Below are positions 59,009-64,000 of a DNA stretch of 64,000 bases, in pieces (within the stretch, counting starts at the first letter, position 1; every line of letters starts with the position of its first letter). The notes under the pieces were generated by a model, which saw nothing but the letters and a program-made list of their open reading frames with translations, had not been told where the DNA came from and ran no database searches. The position numbers and the translations under genes were made by a program. The DNA is from an uncultured SAR86 cluster bacterium. GTDB taxonomy: Bacteria > Pseudomonadota > Gammaproteobacteria > Magnimaribacterales > AG-339-G14. The stretch is taken from positions 10,592 through 74,591 of the forward strand of contig CACEVU010000002.1 in the NCBI GenBank assembly GCA_902563105.1. Direction: 5' to 3'.

Positions 59009-59881
59009 CTAATCTGATTTAAAAACATTTTTGACCTTAGCAAATACACCTTTTGCTTTTTCTTTAGCATCATCAACTACCTCTTCAGTTGCCTTAGCAA
59101 CTTTTTCAGCTGTTTCTTTTACTTCTTCAACAACTTCTTCAACGACTTCTGCTGCAGTTTCTGCAACCTCTTCTACTTTTTCTTTAACTTCTTCAACGAC
59201 TTCTGCTGCAGTTTCTGCAACCTCTTCTACTTTTTCTTTAACTTCTTCAACGACTTCTGCTGCAGTTTCTGCAACCTCTTCTACTTTTTCTTTAACTTCT
59301 TCAACGACTTCTGCTGCAGTTTCTGCAACCTCTTCTACTTTTTCTTTAACTTCTTCAACGACTTCTGCTGCAGTTTCTGCAACCTCTTCTACTTTTTCTT
59401 TAACTTCTTCAACGACTTCTGCTGCAGTTTCTGCAACCTCTTCTACTTTTTCTTTAACTTCTTCAACGACTTCTTTAGTATGAGAGATCTCTTCTTTAGC
59501 AGATTTAGAAACTTTTTTATCGGAAACTACATCTTTTGTATCCTCTTCGGTTGAGTATCGAGTTGTTTGTTCAAATAATGCTGATTTAGATGTTTCTGCT
59601 TTTTTCTTTGCTAATACAGAAGTTCTCAAAACATTTTCATTAAATTTAAAAAGCTCTGTAATTTTTGAAATATCTTTTGAATTACATTCAATATTTAGTA
59701 AAAAGTATTCGCCTTTGAAAAAATTTTTAATCGGATAAGTGAGTCTTCGGGATCCGATTTCTTCAGATCTATGAACTTTGCCTTTGATGGATTTTGTTGT
59801 CTCTTTTATTTTTTCTAACAAAGATTTTCCTGACTGTTTTTCATCAGGATTAAATATAAAAACTAACTCATAATGGTTCAT
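59009..59881 (-). CDS. rpsF: 30S ribosomal protein S6 with a C-terminal repetitive extension of about 190 aa
   Basis: [29 protein letters not shown]; then ([18 protein letters not shown])x6. Confidence 0.93.
   Translation of the reverse strand: MNHYELVFIFNPDEKQSGKSLLEKIKETTKSIKGKVHRSEEIGSRRLTYPIKNFFKGEYFLLNIECNSKDISKITELFKFNENVLRTSVLAKKKAETSKSALFEQTTRYSTEEDTKDVVSDKKVSKSAKEEISHTKEVVEEVKEKVEEVAETAAEVVEEVKEKVEEVAETAAEVVEEVKEKVEEVAETAAEVVEEVKEKVEEVAETAAEVVEEVKEKVEEVAETAAEVVEEVKEKVEEVAETAAEVVEEVVEEVKETAEKVAKATEEVVDDAKEKAKGVFAKVKNVFKSD
59132..59474. repeat. Perfect in-frame tandem repeat, 54 bp x about 6.3, within rpsF
   Basis: Unit aacttcttcaacgacttctgctgcagtttctgcaacctcttctactttttcttt starts at 59132, 59186, 59240, 59294, 59348 and 59402, with a partial copy at 59456; no mismatches seen. 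Confidence 0.97.
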
Positions 59882-59883
59882 TT

Positions 59884-59927
59884 TGCCTCCTTACGGGTAT
59901 GAATCTAATGTGAAAGACTCAAGAAAA
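59884..59927 (-). promoter_or_regulatory. S6:S18 ribosomal protein leader (autoregulatory RNA)
   Basis: mRNA UUUCUU-GAGUCU-uucacauu-AGAUUC-auaCCCgu-AAGGAG: inner hairpin, unpaired CCC, outer helix pairing with the SD. Confidence 0.65.
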
Positions 59928-59952
59928 CTTGCGCAGTCTAAGTTAAAACATA

Positions 59953-60870
59953 TTAATTATCAATAGAATCTAATATTATTTTCTCTATGAGATCAAAAAA
60001 ACTAAAACCTTCTCTTTTAGCCGCCTTAGGCACCAAACTTGTCTCTGTCATACCAGGAACTGTATTCGCTTCTATAAAATAAAACGAATTTTCTTTTTCT
60101 ATCAAATCAACTCTACCCCATTTTTCACAATCCAATAAAGTAAATGCATTTTTTGCTAAATTTTTTAAATCTTTTAATTTATTTTTTTTAAATTCAGGAA
60201 AGGAATATGAAGTATCTCCACGATTGTACTTAGCTTCAAAGTTATAAAATTCCTCTTTAGCAATAATTTCAATAGGATCACAAACTAGATTCCCCAAAAT
60301 AGATACTGTAAGTTCTCTTCCGGAAATAAATTCTTCTATAATTGGAACTCCTTCATATTCACTTGCAAAATTTATGGCCTCTGTAAGATTTTTTGAATTA
60401 TTTTCTATAATTGAAACTCCGAGGCTTGAACCTTCCTTGCTCGGTTTTACCACGAGTTTGGGTACATCTTTAAGAGAATTTGGTAAATCTGTCCAGGAAG
60501 AAATATCGGAGGTGTAGTTCGGAGTATTTATTTTATTTTTTAACCAGATCTCCTTAGTAATAACTTTATCAAAAGAATTCTTGAGGCCTGAAATACCACT
60601 CCCAGAAAATGGGATGTTCAATTCTGATAGAATTTTTTGAATACTTCCATCTTCTCCGCCCTTACCGTGAATCATGACAAAGGCGAAGTCTAAGTTTGAA
60701 TAAGTTTTTGCTTCGAGCATATCTCTTTGATTTTTTATATCAATTAATTTTGAGTCAATATTTTTTCTAATTAATTCCTCATTTATTGCTTTTGCACCTC
60801 TTAGAGAAATTTCTCTTTCATTAGAAAATCCTCCGCATAAGACACCAATTTTTAAAGTATTTATGTTCAT
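59953..60870 (-). CDS. ddl: D-alanine--D-alanine ligase
   Basis: GG.SNEREISL, HGKGGEDG, EGSSLGV, Y.FEAKY, EANTVPGMTETSLVP. Confidence 0.96.
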   Translation of the reverse strand: MNINTLKIGVLCGGFSNEREISLRGAKAINEELIRKNIDSKLIDIKNQRDMLEAKTYSNLDFAFVMIHGKGGEDGSIQKILSELNIPFSGSGISGLKNSFDKVITKEIWLKNKINTPNYTSDISSWTDLPNSLKDVPKLVVKPSKEGSSLGVSIIENNSKNLTEAINFASEYEGVPIIEEFISGRELTVSILGNLVCDPIEIIAKEEFYNFEAKYNRGDTSYSFPEFKKNKLKDLKNLAKNAFTLLDCEKWGRVDLIEKENSFYFIEANTVPGMTETSLVPKAAKREGFSFFDLIEKIILDSIDN

Positions 60871-62240
60871 TTATTTTTAAATTTTTCAGCTAATAAAGAA
60901 GTATTTCCTGCACCTTGAGTAAGAAATACAAAATTATCTTCAATAAAATCTGACATTGCCTCATAAGCTTCTTCAATACCAGTAACTAATACGGCAGAAG
61001 GATTTTTTTTATGAATCTCCCTTATCAAATTTTCACTTTCATAATTAGGAATTGGGCTTTCACTTGCAGGGTAAACCTCTAAAAGAATTAAATTTTCGCA
61101 TGACGCCAAGATATCTATAAATTCTTGAAACAAAGCTTTTGTTCTGGTGTATCTATGGGGTTGAAAAACTACTAATAGCTTTCTTTCAGGCCAAACTTCT
61201 TTAACTGTATTAATAGAAACACCCAATTCATTTGGGTGGTGGCCATAATCGTCTATTAAAACAATATCCTTATTGAATACTTTCTCTGAGATAAGCTGAA
61301 ACCTTCTCTCTATAACGATAAACTTTTCTAAAGAATCTTTAATATCTTCATAAGAGATGCCTTCATCCAGAGCTACTATTATTGCCGCTACAGTATTTGA
61401 AACATTATGTCGACCAATCATATTGGTTTTGAATTTCATTTTCTTTTTATTGCTTTTATTTGATAAAGAAAATTCAGAGCCATTTTTATTTTGACTAAAG
61501 TCTGAAATTTGGAAATCATTTATTTCAGAAAATCCGTAGGAAGTTATATTTCTAGGAAGATTTTCTATTACATCTAATACTTCTGAAGAATCACCATTTG
61601 CAAATATTCTGCCGTGAAAAGGAATGTTAAGACAAAAATTTTTAAAAGACTTCTTAAGCTCCTCAATATTATTGTTATATGTTTCTAAGTGATCATTATC
61701 TATATTTGCAATCACTGCCTTTCGAGGTCTCAACAATAGAAAAGATCCATCACTTTCATCTGCTTCAGTGAAGATGTGATCTCCTTTGCCTAATTTTGCA
61801 TTTGAGGCAAAAGACTCCACTTTTCCACCAATGATGTAAGTAGGATCTAATTTGTTAAAACTAAAAATGTGAGCAAGTATGCAAGTAATTGTAGTCTTAC
61901 CATGACTCCCTGCTATTGCTACGCTTTCTTTTAACATCATTAAATTAGCTAACATTTCAGCTCTTTTAATAATGGGTATTTTTAACCTTTTAGCTTCAAT
62001 TACTTCAGGATTTTTTTTTAAAATTGCAGAAGAAACTACAATGAGATCTTTATTTAAAACGTTCTTTGATCCATGCTTGAAAGAAATCTTTGCTCCGAGA
62101 GAGACTAATCTTTCAGTTATAGGAGTTTTGGCGAGGTCTGATCCAGAAACTATATAACCTAAATTTATTAAAATTTCTGCTATGCCGCTCATTCCGGCTC
62201 CTCCAATTCCTATGAGGTGGATTTTTTTTATATCATTCAT
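60867..62240 (-). CDS. murC: UDP-N-acetylmuramate--L-alanine ligase
   Basis: GIGGAGMSGIA, AGSHGKTT, EADESDGSF, DDYGHHP, FQPHRYTRT; ATG 62240 (track uses 62258). Confidence 0.97.
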   Translation of the reverse strand: MNDIKKIHLIGIGGAGMSGIAEILINLGYIVSGSDLAKTPITERLVSLGAKISFKHGSKNVLNKDLIVVSSAILKKNPEVIEAKRLKIPIIKRAEMLANLMMLKESVAIAGSHGKTTITCILAHIFSFNKLDPTYIIGGKVESFASNAKLGKGDHIFTEADESDGSFLLLRPRKAVIANIDNDHLETYNNNIEELKKSFKNFCLNIPFHGRIFANGDSSEVLDVIENLPRNITSYGFSEINDFQISDFSQNKNGSEFSLSNKSNKKKMKFKTNMIGRHNVSNTVAAIIVALDEGISYEDIKDSLEKFIVIERRFQLISEKVFNKDIVLIDDYGHHPNELGVSINTVKEVWPERKLLVVFQPHRYTRTKALFQEFIDILASCENLILLEVYPASESPIPNYESENLIREIHKKNPSAVLVTGIEEAYEAMSDFIEDNFVFLTQGAGNTSLLAEKFKNK

Positions 62241-63330
62241 TAGAGAGAATGTTTTCAAGAATTATATTTTGATTATCACCCAAAGAAACTTTAGAAATAT
62301 TTTTTTTCATTTTTGTTATCAATTTGGGTTCTTTAATTATTTTGTATATCAGTTCTTTTAAATTATTTTCTAAGTTATTTTCATTACAAATAAAAGCTGA
62401 ATTTTTTTCTTCTAGAAATTTTGCATTCTCATATTGATGATTATCTATAGAATCTTTTAAGGGAACAAATATCGCAATATTATTTGTTTCACATACCTCT
62501 GATACTGATAGAGCTCCCGCGCGCGAAATGAGAAGATCGCAATTTGAATAAAATTTTTCCATACTCTCAGCAAATTCAAAAATTTCAATTTCATAATTTA
62601 TTATAAGAGATTCATATAAAGACTTTGTCTTTTTAAGATTTCCTTTGCCACATTGATGGTGAATGGATATTTGTGCTTCAGGAAAGTCTAAAGAAACCTT
62701 TTTAAAAATTTTTGGAAGACAATTATTTATTACTCTAGCTCCTTGACTACCTCCCATTATCTTAAATTGTAATTTTTTTGGGTTAAGAGTTTTGTTAAAA
62801 ACTTCACCAATATTTAGGTTAATAAGATTTCCAGTAAAAATAGCGTTATTTTCTTTAAAAAACTCGAGAGCATTAGGAAATCCACAAAAAATTTTCCTTA
62901 CGTTCTTATATTTAGCAAGATACCTGTTTGCAGTTCCAGGTATTGAGTTTTGCTCTTGTATATAAATGGGACCTGCAAAATGAAATAATCCTAGTAAAGA
63001 AATGTATCCTCCAAAACAGATTAAAATATTTTTTTTATCAAATAAATTTTTTAATTGGAATTCAAAAAAAAATCTTATTGCAGAATATATGAGGCTTATT
63101 AAGCTTATTATTTTCAAGAAAAGTGTTTTGCCTCTAAAACCCATTAAAGGGTAACTGTAAAACTCTATTCCTAATTGCTCACAAATTTTTTCTTCAGGAC
63201 CTCTTGAAGAGCCTATCCATTTTATTTTGTAATCTTCCTCGATGAGTAATTCGCATAATTTTTTTGCAGGAAATACATGTCCTCCTGTCCCTCCTGCACA
63301 GATAATTATGTTTTTCTTTTTATCCGACAT
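62233..63330 (-). CDS. murG: MurG glycosyltransferase
   Basis: GGTGGHVFP, EQNSIPG.AN, GGSQGA, SRAGA, HQYENA. Confidence 0.96.
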   Translation of the reverse strand: MSDKKKNIIICAGGTGGHVFPAKKLCELLIEEDYKIKWIGSSRGPEEKICEQLGIEFYSYPLMGFRGKTLFLKIISLISLIYSAIRFFFEFQLKNLFDKKNILICFGGYISLLGLFHFAGPIYIQEQNSIPGTANRYLAKYKNVRKIFCGFPNALEFFKENNAIFTGNLINLNIGEVFNKTLNPKKLQFKIMGGSQGARVINNCLPKIFKKVSLDFPEAQISIHHQCGKGNLKKTKSLYESLIINYEIEIFEFAESMEKFYSNCDLLISRAGALSVSEVCETNNIAIFVPLKDSIDNHQYENAKFLEEKNSAFICNENNLENNLKELIYKIIKEPKLITKMKKNISKVSLGDNQNIILENILSNE

Positions 63331-63335
63331 TCTTT

Positions 63336-64000
63336 TTATAATGAGATTTTATTGGAAAAATTTATTTCTAACTTTATTTTTTGTACCAGGGCAATTAAAA
63401 CAAACATCAACATCAAATTAGATCCTCCAAAACTTATAAAAGGCAAAGTTATTCCCTTGGTAGGTAATAATCCTGTGGCAACTCCAATATTTATAAATAC
63501 GTGAAGTGCTATAAGAACGCCAACGCCATAAGATATCAAACTGCCAAAAGAAAAATCATTTTGTCTTGCAGATCTTCCTATTAAAAAACATCTGAGCACT
63601 AAATATGAAAAAGCTAAAATTAGTAAAATTCCAAAAATGATTCCTAATTCTTCAACAATAATTGCAAAGATGAAATCTGTCTGAGCATCCGACAAGAATC
63701 CCTCTTTCATTTTACTCTCGCCCATACCTACTCCAAACCATTGGCCATTACTAATTGCACTTAAAGAAGTCCTTAACTGTTCTGAAAACTCATTATTCCA
63801 AGGATCTAGATAACCCATGATTCTTTTTATCCTATAGCTTGCGGTAAATATCAAACCTATGAAAGTCAGCAAACCAACAAAAAAAATTGATAACAGATGT
63901 TTAAGTGGCGCCCCAGCAATGAATAAAATTGAGAAAGACACTATGAATATTACGACTGAAGAACCTAAATCTGGTTCAAGCAAAATAAGCAATATAGAAA
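63336..64000 (-). CDS. ftsW: Cell division SEDS protein FtsW (5' end outside the window)
   Basis: EPDLG, YRIKRI..YLDPW, TDFIFAII.EELG, LPTKGITLPFISFGGS; precedes murG. Confidence 0.93.
   Translation of the reverse strand, partial: SILLILLEPDLGSSVVIFIVSFSILFIAGAPLKHLLSIFFVGLLTFIGLIFTASYRIKRIMGYLDPWNNEFSEQLRTSLSAISNGQWFGVGMGESKMKEGFLSDAQTDFIFAIIVEELGIIFGILLILAFSYLVLRCFLIGRSARQNDFSFGSLISYGVGVLIALHVFINIGVATGLLPTKGITLPFISFGGSNLMLMFVLIALVQKIKLEINFSNKISL

Noticed and set aside
59132-59474. 54-bp repeats as a CRISPR array
   Set aside because: Units are head-to-tail with no unique spacers, lie in frame within rpsF, and no cas genes are present.
59031-59483. 150-aa Ser/Thr-rich plus-strand ORF
   Set aside because: Antisense shadow of the rpsF repeat.

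Overview
AT-rich, very densely coded chromosomal segment with many overlapping or abutting genes. Gene content and Pseudomonas-like synteny point to a streamlined marine gammaproteobacterium (SAR86-like; inference). It is almost all core genes: ileS-ribF-murJ, sdhCDAB-sucCD, der-bamB-hisS-ispG-rodZ-ndk, an isc operon, dapA-bamC-purC, tRNA-Lys, tol-pal, aspS, proS, recA, pcm-surE-ispFD-ftsB-eno-kdsA-pyrG, rpsF-rpsR-rplI-dnaB-alr and ftsW-murG-murC-ddl. I saw no IS element, prophage or CRISPR array. The interesting signals are remodelled core loci. (1) The sdh-suc operon lacks sucAB-lpd, while a ThDP decarboxylase-like gene sits beside a clostridial-type CoA-acylating succinate-semialdehyde dehydrogenase, a candidate two-enzyme replacement for 2-oxoglutarate dehydrogenase. 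(2) The isc operon has no iscR or hscBA. IscS carries an N-terminal integrase-arm-like (DUF6538-like) domain, a 32-bp palindrome covers its promoter, and Fdx is fused to IscA. (3) A phage/archaeal-type PD-(D/E)XK resolvase-like gene occupies the ruvCAB slot. (4) Ribosomal protein S6 has a long acidic tail encoded by six perfect 54-bp repeats. All family calls come from motif reading and recall, not database searches.
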